This document shows, one piece after another, positions 38,031 through 49,078 of a DNA stretch of 64,000 nt (within the stretch, counting starts at the first letter, position 1; each line of letters begins with the position of its first letter). The stretch lies in contig JAMCUS010000024.1 of assembly GCA_023379385.1 (NCBI GenBank), positions 30,776 through 94,775 on the forward strand, given 5' to 3'. A program made the translations under genes and the position numbers. Under the pieces are notes generated by a model, which was given only the letters and a program-made list of their open reading frames with translations, searched no databases and had not been told where the DNA came from. The DNA is from Thermoplasmatota archaeon (GTDB taxonomy: Archaea > Thermoplasmatota > Thermoplasmata > Lutacidiplasmatales > JAMCUS01).

Positions 38031-41000
38031 ATGGGGTTATTGGATTCTTTCAGATCTAAGGAAAATAAATTGACTACTACTGTTTCGACATTGCTTCAAG
38101 AATGTGATATGTTATATTCACAGAATAATCTTGCTGGTGAATTACAGAAGTTAGCTGAGTTATACGAGTTATTAAAAAATAACTATCAGAATCAGAATAT
38201 ATCTAATCGCCTAGAAATATCAAAATTTCTGGATTTATTGGGTATAAGGTTTATGAACCATGTCCAGAGGTATGATTATGCATATGCATCTTTTGAAATG
38301 GCTCTTAATATAAATCCAAATGATGAAAATTTATGGATACACCTTGCCATGACAATGTTAGATCTTAATCAAAATTTGGATAATGTTCTTCAGGCAGTTG
38401 AAAAGGCAATATCTATAAAGGAGAGCTCAGAGACATGGGGCCTTAAGGGGGATGTTCTTGCAAAAATGGGTAGGATTGATGAAGCAATTCAGGCGTATAT
38501 ATCCGCCCAAAATTTAGATGATAAATCAACCATATACATTGATAAAGCGTCTCAACTTGCTCCTGATAATTTAGATTTACTTGTACTAAAAATGAGGATG
38601 CTTTTAAACGCAGGTAATATTGATGAAGCGTCACAAATTTTGGCATCTTTAATAAATAGGGAACCTAACAGAGCAGAGTTATGGATCATTAAAGTAGAAC
38701 TTGATATGCACAAAAATGATATTGATGGGGCACTGAATTCTGTGGATAAAGCCATATCCATATACCCCGACAATTCTGACTATTATGTACTCAAAGGAAA
38801 CATAATTATGGAAGAGAAGAAATGGGATCTAGCTCTAAATTGTTATAATATCGCTTTAACCAAGGACCCAAACCATATCAATGCTTTAACAGGAAAGGCA
38901 AATACCCTGGCAATGTTAAATAAGGTTCCTGATTTACTTGAAGTTAGAAGGAGAATATCTGCAGTTGATCCAGACAATAATGAAAACTGGAAACAGCGTA
39001 TGTTTTTGGCAAAAAGTCTTAATTTATATGATGAAGCTAATATATGTGCGGAGGCTGTGCTAAAAAGGGACCCCAATGATCTTGAAGCAAGGGATATAAT
39101 AACAGACATAAAGTTTGGAACAAAACCAGATACAGAATCAAAAATGGATGAGGTTCAGATGCAACCCTCCTTTGATTTATCAGCAGACGAAGAAAAATTA
39201 AGAATATTAAAAGAAAGCGGTGATATTGACGGATCAATAAATTGTGCAAAGGACATGCTTTCAAAAGATCCAAATAATAAAGTAGCAATACTTGAAATTG
39301 CCAGATTTTACTCCATGAATAATGCCATGGATGAAGGTCTGACATATTTTGATAAATACGTAAAACTATATCCTGACGATGTAAATGTATCAATGGAACG
39401 GGCTACACTGCTTTACTCATTAAAGAGGTATGACGAAGCCATTGCAGCAACAGATGCTATATTAAATAAACATGAATCAGGAGAAGTATGGTTGTTGAAA
39501 GGACAAATTCTTCAGGAATACGCTTCAACCAAAAATAATGTAGATAAAGCTGATATTTATAAAGAGGTAGAAAATGCTTTTAATAGTGGACTACGATTGT
39601 ATGGTCATGCAGTGCCAAGACTGCTGGAAGCTAAAGGAAAATTTTATCTGACTACTGGGAGGTATTCTGAATCCCTTTCTGTGTTTGAACTATTGACATC
39701 CACCTCTCCGTTAAATATTGATGGTATTATAGGAATGGCTAATAGTTTTATAGGCCTAAAAAATTACCCTAAAGCTTTAGATATGATCGATAAAGCACTT
39801 CAGTACGAAACTCAGAATATTGAATTATGGAAGACAAGAGGTAATTGCTATGAAGAAATGTCTCAATTTGAAAATGCACTATCTTCCTATAAACAGGCAC
39901 TCGTCATTAAACCTGATAATACTGAACTCATGGGGCTTATTTTGAAATTATTAATAAAGCTTAATAGAAATGATGAAGCACTGTCATGGGTCAATAATTT
40001 ATTAGCGTATAGAAAGGATTATTATCTATATGCTGTAAAAGGAGATATTCTTGTCAGTTTAAGCAGAATAAATGAAGCCATAGATGTTTATAAAATCGGT
40101 GTAAGCGTAAGCAACGACATAGACCTAATGGTAAAGCTTGCTAAGGCTGAATATATTGCAGGAAACATAGCTGATACCGATAATCTCTGCAAGGAGATCC
40201 TTGAAATGGATGAAAATAATATAAATGCATTGTCACTACATGCCCATATACTGTATGGTGAAAATAAATTTGAAGAAGCATTGAAAATTGTCAATAATGT
40301 TTTAGAAGTAGATAAAAAAAATTTGGATATTCTTAAATTAAAACTTTTCATACTTAAAGAATTAAGAATGAATGGTGAATATCTTAAATTAATAGATTTG
40401 ATAATATCTATAGATAGTTCAGATTCATCCCTGCTGCTGGAGAAAGCAAAAGCTATTATAAAAACAGATAAAAAAGAGGAAGCAGAGGATTTACTTAAAA
40501 AGGTCATATCCGCAAATCCACAAAACAGAATTGCATTGGTAACACTTGCCGAACTGTATCTTTCTGAAAAAAAATATAACGAAGCCTTGAATCTTGGCGA
40601 AATCCTTGTAGCTGCAGATAACAACAGTTATGATGGATGGAATATAAAGACAAATGCACTTGTGGAGATGGATAGACTCAATGATGCCATGACCTTACTT
40701 AATAATGCACTTGTATCGTCACCCCACAATAATGGATTATTGGTTATAGGTGGTAATGTTCTGTTTAAAAAAGGAAGGAGAGATGAAGCAGAAATATATT
40801 ACAGAAGGGCACTTGAAGTTGACCCAGAAAATATCAATGCATTGAAAGGTATTGGAAAATTAAAATTGCAATTAAATAATATTAAAGGTGCAAAAGAGTT
40901 TGTATTAAAGGCACTTAAAAAAGGAGAAACAGATCCAGAATTATGGTTAATGCTTGCCACTATAAACGAACAGATGGGTTTATTAGATGACGCTATTGAT

Positions 41001-42431
41001 GATCTAAAAAAGGTAATTAATCTTGAAAATGGAGAAGAAGGGTATGAACGATTAGGTGAACTGTATAAAAGTACATCTAAATTCGATAGTGCTGAAAAAT
41101 ATTTTGAAATGGCACTAAAATATTATCCTGAAAAATATGAAATTGAGGTAAATAGAGGAGAGTGTCTTGAGCATTTGAAGCGATATGATGAAGCTCTTGC
41201 ATGTTATGACAGAGTTATTACGCATAATCCAAATGATAAATATACATGGAATACAAAGGGTCTTCTGCATCTTCAACTTAAAAGATATGAAGAAGCTATA
41301 AAATGTTTTGATACCGCTATCAAGATTGATCCGCGATTTCAGAGTGCTATTGAAAGTAAAAGGGTATGTGAAGAGAAGGTTACAGAAAGTTCTATAGAAA
41401 GTTATTCTAAAAAAGTACTTGAACTGGAGTTCAAGAGTGGCAGACCATTAACTAAACAGGAAATCTTTTTGCATTGTGGTGTCCCATTTCCTCTTCTGGA
41501 TAAAGTCGTTTCATACATAACAATACTTGACAAAATGGATGTTTTATCGTTGACCCAGGAGGATGTTAATAAATTAGATGACCTCTCCCTTGAGCTTTTT
41601 AAATTTTATGTAAGAAAAAGTGGGTTTATAGAGCCAAGAAATATTGCTTTATCAGAGGTTGTTGGATATCTACCAAGATTAAACACCTTTGAAACCAAAC
41701 AATTGCTTTCCTATATAAAAGGTGTCATGGAACTTGAAGAGTCAAGGATCCCAATTATAGATGGTATAGATGATCTTCTACGAAAGGCACTTTCAGTTCC
41801 TAATTCATCTCATAATTTAATTGCCATGGCAGTTAATTATGGCATCGGTATTCTTAAAGCAAGAGCTCTTGAGAAAGGATTAAAAATGTTTGAAAATTAT
41901 GACTCAGGTAATGAGTCTAAAGCGCCTTTAACTAACAATATGCAACCCACTATAGCTCCAACACCTCCAACAGATACCGGAATTAATGATGAAAAGGAAT
42001 TGCCTGTATTGATAGAAAATGAAACAACATCTGAAATTAAGGATAATAGTTCATCATTCATCAGTAAGATACCGGTGAATAATAAAAAAATTAAGATGGA
42101 AGATAAAAATGCTAATGAAGAACGCTCTGGTCCGGTGTATAGATGCGCTATATGTGGTGGAAAAGCATATACTATGCATGATTGTGGAACACCACTTTGC
42201 GATAGATGCATATCAATTCATAGTGGAACCTGCCCCAAGTGTGGATTGCCTATATTGAGAAATACCACGTCATTTGATCAGGGAACTGGAATAAAAGAGG
42301 TTGAACTACCATCTGCAGATACATCCACAAAAAGGAAAAAAAGAAAAAAAGAACCCATGATTTTAAAAGCTACACCTGGAATTGTAAATAATATTAACAA
42401 TACAGAAGAACATGAAAAAAACGAACGATAA
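38031..42431 (+). CDS. giant TPR-repeat protein (1466 aa) with a C-terminal Cys-rich zinc-ribbon/RING-like module
   Basis: More than 25 TPR-like units (W/LG-Y-A-F-P consensus positions), C-terminal 'YRCAICGGKAYTMHDCGTPLCDRCISIHSGTCPKCGLP'. Confidence 0.6.
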   Translation: MGLLDSFRSKENKLTTTVSTLLQECDMLYSQNNLAGELQKLAELYELLKNNYQNQNISNRLEISKFLDLLGIRFMNHVQRYDYAYASFEMALNINPNDENLWIHLAMTMLDLNQNLDNVLQAVEKAISIKESSETWGLKGDVLAKMGRIDEAIQAYISAQNLDDKSTIYIDKASQLAPDNLDLLVLKMRMLLNAGNIDEASQILASLINREPNRAELWIIKVELDMHKNDIDGALNSVDKAISIYPDNSDYYVLKGNIIMEEKKWDLALNCYNIALTKDPNHINALTGKANTLAMLNKVPDLLEVRRRISAVDPDNNENWKQRMFLAKSLNLYDEANICAEAVLKRDPNDLEARDIITDIKFGTKPDTESKMDEVQMQPSFDLSADEEKLRILKESGDIDGSINCAKDMLSKDPNNKVAILEIARFYSMNNAMDEGLTYFDKYVKLYPDDVNVSMERATLLYSLKRYDEAIAATDAILNKHESGEVWLLKGQILQEYASTKNNVDKADIYKEVENAFNSGLRLYGHAVPRLLEAKGKFYLTTGRYSESLSVFELLTSTSPLNIDGIIGMANSFIGLKNYPKALDMIDKALQYETQNIELWKTRGNCYEEMSQFENALSSYKQALVIKPDNTELMGLILKLLIKLNRNDEALSWVNNLLAYRKDYYLYAVKGDILVSLSRINEAIDVYKIGVSVSNDIDLMVKLAKAEYIAGNIADTDNLCKEILEMDENNINALSLHAHILYGENKFEEALKIVNNVLEVDKKNLDILKLKLFILKELRMNGEYLKLIDLIISIDSSDSSLLLEKAKAIIKTDKKEEAEDLLKKVISANPQNRIALVTLAELYLSEKKYNEALNLGEILVAADNNSYDGWNIKTNALVEMDRLNDAMTLLNNALVSSPHNNGLLVIGGNVLFKKGRRDEAEIYYRRALEVDPENINALKGIGKLKLQLNNIKGAKEFVLKALKKGETDPELWLMLATINEQMGLLDDAIDDLKKVINLENGEEGYERLGELYKSTSKFDSAEKYFEMALKYYPEKYEIEVNRGECLEHLKRYDEALACYDRVITHNPNDKYTWNTKGLLHLQLKRYEEAIKCFDTAIKIDPRFQSAIESKRVCEEKVTESSIESYSKKVLELEFKSGRPLTKQEIFLHCGVPFPLLDKVVSYITILDKMDVLSLTQEDVNKLDDLSLELFKFYVRKSGFIEPRNIALSEVVGYLPRLNTFETKQLLSYIKGVMELEESRIPIIDGIDDLLRKALSVPNSSHNLIAMAVNYGIGILKARALEKGLKMFENYDSGNESKAPLTNNMQPTIAPTPPTDTGINDEKELPVLIENETTSEIKDNSSSFISKIPVNNKKIKMEDKNANEERSGPVYRCAICGGKAYTMHDCGTPLCDRCISIHSGTCPKCGLPILRNTTSFDQGTGIKEVELPSADTSTKRKKRKKEPMILKATPGIVNNINNTEEHEKNER

Positions 42432-42490
42432 AATATAATACTTTTTTATATTAAAAAATATTCAATCAAAAATTTAGAACAAAAAAAGGT

Positions 42491-43657
42491 TTATTGAATA
42501 AAGTCTATGTCTGTATCGTCTTTTTCATTCGGTCTGGAGGGTATTACTCCTGGCATTGATTTTGAAAATTTTGATTTTTGACCTAGTAGTGAAGGTGCAT
42601 TAACCCCCGTTATTATGAGTAATACCTTAATTGTATTCTCCATAGTTTGATCAATAGTACATCCCCATATCATTCGTGCACGTTTACTTATTTTTGAACC
42701 AACAATTTCAGCTGCTTTCTGAGCCTCACTTACGGTCATATCAGGCCCTCCAACAACTCTCACAAGTGCTCCCTGTGCATCCTTCAGTTCAACGTCTCCT
42801 AACAATGGAGATGTTATTGCCTCATTTACCGATTCAGTAACTCTATCTGTAGTGGATTGAGATTCACCAAGTCCAATAAGTGCCACACCTGCATCCTTCA
42901 TGACAGTTTGTAAATCTGCATAATCTATGTTAACAAGACCTGGCTTTGTAACGATCTCTGTTATACCCTTTATCGCAGTCATCAAAACTTCATCAGCAAC
43001 CTTAAAAGCTGCTTCCAGTGGTAAACGCGGAACCAGTTCCAGTAATTTATCATTGGAAATTACAATAGTAGTGTCGCAGACCTTTCTCAGTTTATCTAAC
43101 CCTCTTAATGCCTGTTCCATTCTAACGCTACCTTCAGCTGAAAACGGCAAGGTTGTTATACCCATTGTGAGGGACCCCATCTCTTTGGATAATTTTGCGA
43201 CGTAATGAGCAGAACCTGTACCTGTACCACCACCCATACCCGCTGTGATAAAGGTTATATCAGATCCATTTAGAAATCTTTTTATTTCTTCTTCATTCTC
43301 ACGTGCAGCTTCCTCACCAATCTCTGGCTTAGCCCCTGCACCAAGTCCCTTGGTAATCCTCCTGCCAATAAGTATTTTTTTAGGTGCTTTAATAGTAAAA
43401 AGATGTTTTGCATCCGTATTCAAGGCAGCCATATCTGCTCCTGTTATTCCTTCCTCTACACATCTATTTATTGTATTTGTCCCACCACCACCACATCCAA
43501 CAATCTTTATATTAACTTTTAACTGTTCTGCAAGCCTAGCAAGCTCCTCATCTGTAGGATTCAGCGGTATAGTTGGACCTGCACTACTAATAGCCGGATC
43601 TACCTTTCTTTCTGCTTCATGTCTAGCCAGTGCCTCACTAATCAATGATTTAACCAT
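42491..43657 (-). CDS. ftsZ: cell division GTPase FtsZ
   Basis: '[12 protein letters not shown]' and tubulin signature '[12 protein letters not shown]'. Confidence 0.9.
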   Translation of the reverse strand: MVKSLISEALARHEAERKVDPAISSAGPTIPLNPTDEELARLAEQLKVNIKIVGCGGGGTNTINRCVEEGITGADMAALNTDAKHLFTIKAPKKILIGRRITKGLGAGAKPEIGEEAARENEEEIKRFLNGSDITFITAGMGGGTGTGSAHYVAKLSKEMGSLTMGITTLPFSAEGSVRMEQALRGLDKLRKVCDTTIVISNDKLLELVPRLPLEAAFKVADEVLMTAIKGITEIVTKPGLVNIDYADLQTVMKDAGVALIGLGESQSTTDRVTESVNEAITSPLLGDVELKDAQGALVRVVGGPDMTVSEAQKAAEIVGSKISKRARMIWGCTIDQTMENTIKVLLIITGVNAPSLLGQKSKFSKSMPGVIPSRPNEKDDTDIDFIQ

Positions 43658-43837
43658 CTCAATTACCTCTTAACAATAATTTATCTCTTAACACCTATGT
43701 ATATAATCCTATATATATTTTATTGATTGTTAGAGGTATGGGGATAACTATAAAACTCCGTTGCTTTGGCTTAGGAGGGATGTCAATACGACATGGAAAG
43801 AATATAGAGTATTCAACAATTCTAAAATAATCGCATT

Positions 43838-45115
43838 TTAATTTATAAAATTACTATGTTTTTTTGTTTCAACAACAGACCTTCCAGCTGGATCACTATT
43901 TAATTCGTATTCTTTGATAACTCTGATTCCACCAATATACACATCTTTGGGAAATATAGCCGAAAATCCTTCATAAGGAGTCCATCCAGCCTTGCTATGA
44001 AGTCTATTACCTTTTATGTTTGTTACTTTATCCATGTCAAATATTGCAAGATCTGCATCCATATTTGACGCTATCACTCCTTTTTGTAGATTAAATAACT
44101 TTGCAGGATTTTCAGATAAGGACCTTATAACATTTGATATATTTAACAGACCTTTTTTAGAAAGATACAGCATTAATGGATACATTGTTTCCACACCTGG
44201 TATTCCTGCAGGAGCATTCTCGAATGAAACAATTTTCTCATTCTCCAGATGGGGTGCATGATCCGATGCCATAATAGGTACAATACCCTCTTTAAAGGCA
44301 TTGAATAGATTTAATCTATCTTTTTCAGATCTTATGGGTGGGTTTACCTTTCCATATGTATTTAATGGAAGTTCATTATTAAGCAAAATATGATGTGGTG
44401 TTACCTCAAAACTTTTTCCGTACACGTATTGTAAATTATCTGGGCAACTCAGATGAGCTATATGTATATTTTTTGCATTCACATTAATAACCCTTTTTAT
44501 AGCTTCTGCTTCCGATTTACAGTTACGTATTTTAGAATATTTTACCAAATTATCTGCCTGTTCTTTTAAAAAATATTTAGGTTCTTCAGCATGAAAAACA
44601 GTTATTTTTCCTGTTAAATCTAAATTTCTTATTAAATCAGGTAAATCAATACTATCATCTAGTACTAAACCCCCTGTTGTATGTGCCATAAATATTTTAA
44701 ATCCAATAACGTGATTTATTAAATTTTTTATATTATTGATATTGTCTGTGTATCCATAAATACCATAATTACTGAAAGAGTTTTTTTTCATAGTTGCCAG
44801 TTTTTCTATACAGGCATCTGCAGATGAAGTAGCTGGTCTAGTATTTGGCATATCAAAATAGGTACCAATTCCACCATATACAGCAGACATACTCCCGGTA
44901 TAAATGGTTTCCTTTTCTCTATATCCAGGATCTCTGAAATGTACATGCATGTCAATACCTGCAGGAACAATAATACAGCCACCATAATCAATTTTTGATA
45001 AAGCACTTATTGATGGCTTAATCTCTTTAATCTTACCGTCTAAAATTCCTATATCATTATCCTCAAATTTACCATTACGCCAGACTCTACCGGAAATTAC
45101 AGTATCAAACACCAT
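43838..45115 (-). CDS. pyrC: dihydroorotase (cyclic amidohydrolase family)
   Basis: 'GIDMHVHFRDPG' metal-binding motif, conserved Asp near the C-terminus ('MASDHAPH'). Confidence 0.7.
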   Translation of the reverse strand: MVFDTVISGRVWRNGKFEDNDIGILDGKIKEIKPSISALSKIDYGGCIIVPAGIDMHVHFRDPGYREKETIYTGSMSAVYGGIGTYFDMPNTRPATSSADACIEKLATMKKNSFSNYGIYGYTDNINNIKNLINHVIGFKIFMAHTTGGLVLDDSIDLPDLIRNLDLTGKITVFHAEEPKYFLKEQADNLVKYSKIRNCKSEAEAIKRVINVNAKNIHIAHLSCPDNLQYVYGKSFEVTPHHILLNNELPLNTYGKVNPPIRSEKDRLNLFNAFKEGIVPIMASDHAPHLENEKIVSFENAPAGIPGVETMYPLMLYLSKKGLLNISNVIRSLSENPAKLFNLQKGVIASNMDADLAIFDMDKVTNIKGNRLHSKAGWTPYEGFSAIFPKDVYIGGIRVIKEYELNSDPAGRSVVETKKHSNFIN

Positions 45116-45710
45116 CCATCACCTTTCTTATAACATTACCTTCTGGCTCTATTTCATAAAAAATTTCTGCACTGAATTTCTCTATTTTACAATGTTTGTC
45201 TCTCCATGAATCCCTGCATAATCCAGCCTTTATACATGTTTGATTAAGGAATTCTTCTGTCGTCCAGTTATATTCTACGGCTACCTGTGGGAGTAACAGA
45301 CCCCTATAAAATTCCTCTGTTATTATGAGTCCATCTCGTCCTATTTTTATTTGTTTAACTGGATCGTTAGAAGGGTCGATCTCTTCTGGTGGTGTTAGAA
45401 TACTTACCTCTACGATTATTTTTTTTAATTCATTCCTTTCTAGTGGAGGAAATCTAGGGTCTCCAAAAGCGGCATTGAGAGCAGACTCCTTTATAGCCTC
45501 TTTTAGTTTCATAACTGGTGTTGGATACCCTATACACCCCCTTAGTTCTTTTTCAGGATATGTATTAAGTGTTATAAACACTCCTGATTTTTTTTCAAAA
45601 ATATTTGAAAATTCAATAGATTTATTGTTATGTATATCAAATTTTTCCATTATAACATTTCTTGCGTACCTTACAGCAGTTATACCATCTTTATCCATAT
45701 AGAAATACAT
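45105..45710 (-). CDS. AMMECR1-domain protein
   Basis: 'LRGCIGYPTP' and 'LLPQVAVEYNWTTEEFL' AMMECR1 motifs. The start was set at MYFYMDKDG, because the longer ORF (to 45812) reads into a tnpB remnant. Confidence 0.6.
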   Translation of the reverse strand: MYFYMDKDGITAVRYARNVIMEKFDIHNNKSIEFSNIFEKKSGVFITLNTYPEKELRGCIGYPTPVMKLKEAIKESALNAAFGDPRFPPLERNELKKIIVEVSILTPPEEIDPSNDPVKQIKIGRDGLIITEEFYRGLLLPQVAVEYNWTTEEFLNQTCIKAGLCRDSWRDKHCKIEKFSAEIFYEIEPEGNVIRKVMDGV

Positions 45711-45736
45711 ATTCACACTCTCGTTTGATCTGCCCC

Positions 45737-45945
45737 CTAGATTTACAAACTCCACGGATTTACCAGCATTTTCGGCGCTGTAAATACATTGATCTATCGG
45801 TTTGCTTTCCAAGAGGCGTAGTCTGGTATACTCTCTGCAAGATTGTGATTTTAAGCCATGTTATTAGCATTTTTAATATTTTAACAGTTTTTTTATCAGG
45901 ATATAACCTGTATTGATATGTTCTTATCATAATAATACAGTGAAT
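45737..45945 (-). mobile_element. truncated remnant of the IS200/IS605 tnpB element (5' end of tnpB with ATG plus an internal fragment)
   Basis: The reverse complement matches element 1 at 8596-8670 and 9525-9600 ('...AAAATGCTGGTAAATCCGTGGAGTTTGTAAATC'). Confidence 0.55.
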
Positions 45946-46132
45946 GTTTATATACTATTTATATATTATTGCATTTATCTATATAATTATAAAAACTTTT
46001 TGCTTGCTTTCATCCCCTACCTTACGAAAGGGGTCTTCCCGTTAGCAGAGATATAAATGAGAAAGGGTTAAATTTGATGAAATCTATCTGTAACATTTGA
46101 TACAATAACTTTATCAAAAATTCCTAAAATAG

Positions 46133-47257
46133 TTGGAGCAGATCAAAATGAATATAACACAGATAAACTCTGTATTTTTTAATGGTGATGCAGTAAGTAC
46201 ATTAGCTATACAAACTCACAAAATGTTTAACGACATGGGCTATAACTCTGCATTGGTAGCCGACTTATTCAGCGAGATAGATGAAGCCGAGGTATTGGCA
46301 TTCAAAGATTACGACACATCAACGGTAATGGAAACGATTGCATACTTAACATCACGCTTTCTCAGACTGGATAACAAAACATATTATCTGAAAGAATACC
46401 TTAAAGCATTAGTTAATTATAACAAAGGCAAATCAAGAAATCTTATAGAGAATGCAGATGTCCGCATCTGGCATTTTGGTGCATTTTATCCTACATTTCA
46501 ATATTTCCATGAGAAGGATTTTTTATTTTATCATGGAATAACCTATCCATATCTTAGCAACTTTACGAAATTTGGGTTATTCAGTAAAAACATGTTGCAA
46601 GCGACGTTAGATATGCAACCAAGGGTAATAACCCATAGCGAATTCATAAAACAGAGCATTATGGCATTGGGATTTCCAGAGCATTCAATAAGAAAGCTGC
46701 CACCTTTTACAAATATTAATATTCCATATCAGGAGCATACCCACAATAAGCCCAAGTTTGTGGCATACGGGCGTTATTCCCTAAATAAACAGATACCATC
46801 CATGGCAAAGTTCTGTAATGAATCAAATATTGAATTTACCCATTTTGGGGATAATATGCAAACAAAAGAGTTCAAGGAACAGTACAAAAAAGCAATGCAA
46901 TACGCCTCAAGCAAAGTAAGAATACTACCCAAGCAACCTACGATTGACAAATTCCTTAAGGTAGCCAATATATATGTATCTGCAAGCCTGCATGAAGGGT
47001 TTGGTAGACCCATAATTGAAGCCTACGCCCATAGTTTGCCTGTCATTTGTAAAGATGGAACAGCCATGTCAGAAATTGTCAAGGATGGTGTAACTGGCTA
47101 TCTGTTTAACCATTTTGATGAGATCCCTGCTCTAGCAGATAGGATAATACACAAATATAAAGAATTCAGTATGGCAGCGTATAAGGAGAGTAAAAAATAC
47201 AGTATGGCGGCGTATAAAGAAGGATTGTTAAATATTATAAATGAAAAATATAAATAA
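46133..47257 (+). CDS. glycosyltransferase family 4 (GT-B fold)
   Basis: 'EGFGRPIIEAYAHSLPVICKDGTAMSEIV' GT4 EX7E motif. Confidence 0.7.
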   Translation: MEQIKMNITQINSVFFNGDAVSTLAIQTHKMFNDMGYNSALVADLFSEIDEAEVLAFKDYDTSTVMETIAYLTSRFLRLDNKTYYLKEYLKALVNYNKGKSRNLIENADVRIWHFGAFYPTFQYFHEKDFLFYHGITYPYLSNFTKFGLFSKNMLQATLDMQPRVITHSEFIKQSIMALGFPEHSIRKLPPFTNINIPYQEHTHNKPKFVAYGRYSLNKQIPSMAKFCNESNIEFTHFGDNMQTKEFKEQYKKAMQYASSKVRILPKQPTIDKFLKVANIYVSASLHEGFGRPIIEAYAHSLPVICKDGTAMSEIVKDGVTGYLFNHFDEIPALADRIIHKYKEFSMAAYKESKKYSMAAYKEGLLNIINEKYK

Positions 47258-47302
47258 CATTACGGAATTAGTCACTATTATATGTAATGGTTATTATCTG
47301 GT

Positions 47303-47923
47303 GTGAACATGGAATCATCCAATAACAGAAATGTTAAGAATGAGTGTATCAAGGAACCACTTCTAATTATAGAAAATTGTGAACCGGATCTGTCAGAATG
47401 GTTAGGTCTGGAATATAATCATGTAATGAAGATCTGGAGCAATACTATATTTACCAATATTCCTGAAAGCTGGAATAACAATGTAAATATAAAATTTAAA
47501 AATAGTAACGCTAACCATGTTTATGAAATTTATTCAGAATACAAATTTATTGTTTTGGATCCAAAATCTGATGTTACGCTATCTGTCAATGATTTCAGCA
47601 GTGCAGATGGCATAATAATTGGTGGTATTTTAGGGTATGAAAAATTTACGGGAAATACATCCAGATACATAACAAAACATATCAATAAAAAAATAGTAAG
47701 GAGTTTAGGTAAAATTCAGCTTTCTATAGATTCAGCAGCTCTTGTTACAAAAATGGTTTTATTAGGAATTGAGATGAACGATATTGAACTTACTGATTCT
47801 TTTGAAATAAGATGGAATGATAACGAATCCACAATACTTCCGTATGGTTATGTTGTCATCGACAACAAAGTTATATTCACACCTGGGTTGATGGAATATA
47901 TACGAAAAAAAAGAGATACGTAA
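47303..47923 (+). CDS. hypothetical conserved protein (possibly SPOUT-like RNA methyltransferase fold; unverified)
   Basis: No clear motif. 'ADGIIIGGILG' glycine-rich segment. Confidence 0.3.
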   Translation: MNMESSNNRNVKNECIKEPLLIIENCEPDLSEWLGLEYNHVMKIWSNTIFTNIPESWNNNVNIKFKNSNANHVYEIYSEYKFIVLDPKSDVTLSVNDFSSADGIIIGGILGYEKFTGNTSRYITKHINKKIVRSLGKIQLSIDSAALVTKMVLLGIEMNDIELTDSFEIRWNDNESTILPYGYVVIDNKVIFTPGLMEYIRKKRDT

Positions 47924-47947
47924 ATTTATGATACAATACTAAAGAAA

Positions 47948-49054
47948 TCAATATTTTATATTAAGATCTCCCAAATTCGTCCATTCACATTTTAATTGTT
48001 TTCGATTTTTATGCAGTTCAGACTGAAGAATGTAGCCAACAATTAATGGCAACGCAATAGTTATTTCTGAATAAACAGTCGCTTTTTTAGCATCTTCCCA
48101 GATCTTTCCCCATGACTGGGCTTCTTCCAATGTACTTCCACTTAATCCACCCCAGTGTGGTGAATCTGTGGTGATCTGAAATGCATAATCATGCCCATGC
48201 GTATCGTATCCAAGTTCTTCTGATATTATTTCAACATCATTAATATAATTTTTTGGTGTTCCACCTCCAAGATATATGACACCAGTTTTTTTACTTTTAG
48301 CTTTAATCATTGTAAGTTCATATGTGTCTTTTATAGGATCTATATACATATGCTTAGAACCTTTCTTTCTAGCATACATCTCTGTAAGTCCAATACCTAT
48401 ACTGGAATCATTAAGAGCTGGTACAAATATGGGCACACCGTGTTTATAAGCAGAGGATACTATTGAATATTTATCATCTATTTTTGATCCTATGTAACCA
48501 ATAAATTCCCTACTGGAATATCCCCTGGGATCTAGATTCTCTGCAAGCATTCCCAGGTATTTATCCGTTTCTCTGAACTTCTCTTCATCAACAAGGGTGT
48601 CATATATCCTATCTACAAATATATCGTGAAGTCCACCATTATCCATATCCGGACTTCCAATATAATGGTGGAATCCTCTCGCATTGTATATATCCTGGTA
48701 AACAATAGCTCCTGTAGATACTATAACATCAACAATCTTGTAAACAATCATATCTCTGATAATCTTTCTGAGACCTCCTGCAATAAGTGCACCACTCATT
48801 CCAAGTATGATTGTAGGTCTATCTCTGTCTGTTAACATGTTTTTGTACACAGAAGCACATAATCCAATATTTCTAGATTGTATTGAGGTATTTTTAAATG
48901 ATTCAACAAGATCCTTTATGGTAGTAACTTCATCAAGATCCACAGGAACAACTCTATCCTTTAAAACCTCTTTCTTTATATATTTGACAGATCTATTTTT
49001 TTTTTGCATGCCCTTACCACTTCCCGTATGTCCCATTCTACCCTTTTTTATCAT
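47948..49054 (-). CDS. dys: deoxyhypusine synthase
   Basis: 'ILGMSGALIAGGL', 'VDVIVSTGA', 'LGGGTPKNYI' match DHS NAD-binding and active-site-Lys regions. Confidence 0.65.
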   Translation of the reverse strand: MIKKGRMGHTGSGKGMQKKNRSVKYIKKEVLKDRVVPVDLDEVTTIKDLVESFKNTSIQSRNIGLCASVYKNMLTDRDRPTIILGMSGALIAGGLRKIIRDMIVYKIVDVIVSTGAIVYQDIYNARGFHHYIGSPDMDNGGLHDIFVDRIYDTLVDEEKFRETDKYLGMLAENLDPRGYSSREFIGYIGSKIDDKYSIVSSAYKHGVPIFVPALNDSSIGIGLTEMYARKKGSKHMYIDPIKDTYELTMIKAKSKKTGVIYLGGGTPKNYINDVEIISEELGYDTHGHDYAFQITTDSPHWGGLSGSTLEEAQSWGKIWEDAKKATVYSEITIALPLIVGYILQSELHKNRKQLKCEWTNLGDLNIKY

Positions 49055-49078
49055 ATCCTATCACCGCATAAAAATAGT

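Noticed and set aside
38443-40624. Minus-strand ORFs inside the TPR gene (38443, 38552, 38843, 39037, 40088)
   Set aside because: Antisense to a 4.4-kb well-supported ORF; compositional artefacts.
45662-45916. 84-aa + strand ORF
   Set aside because: Antisense to the tnpB remnant and the AMMECR1 5' region; spurious.
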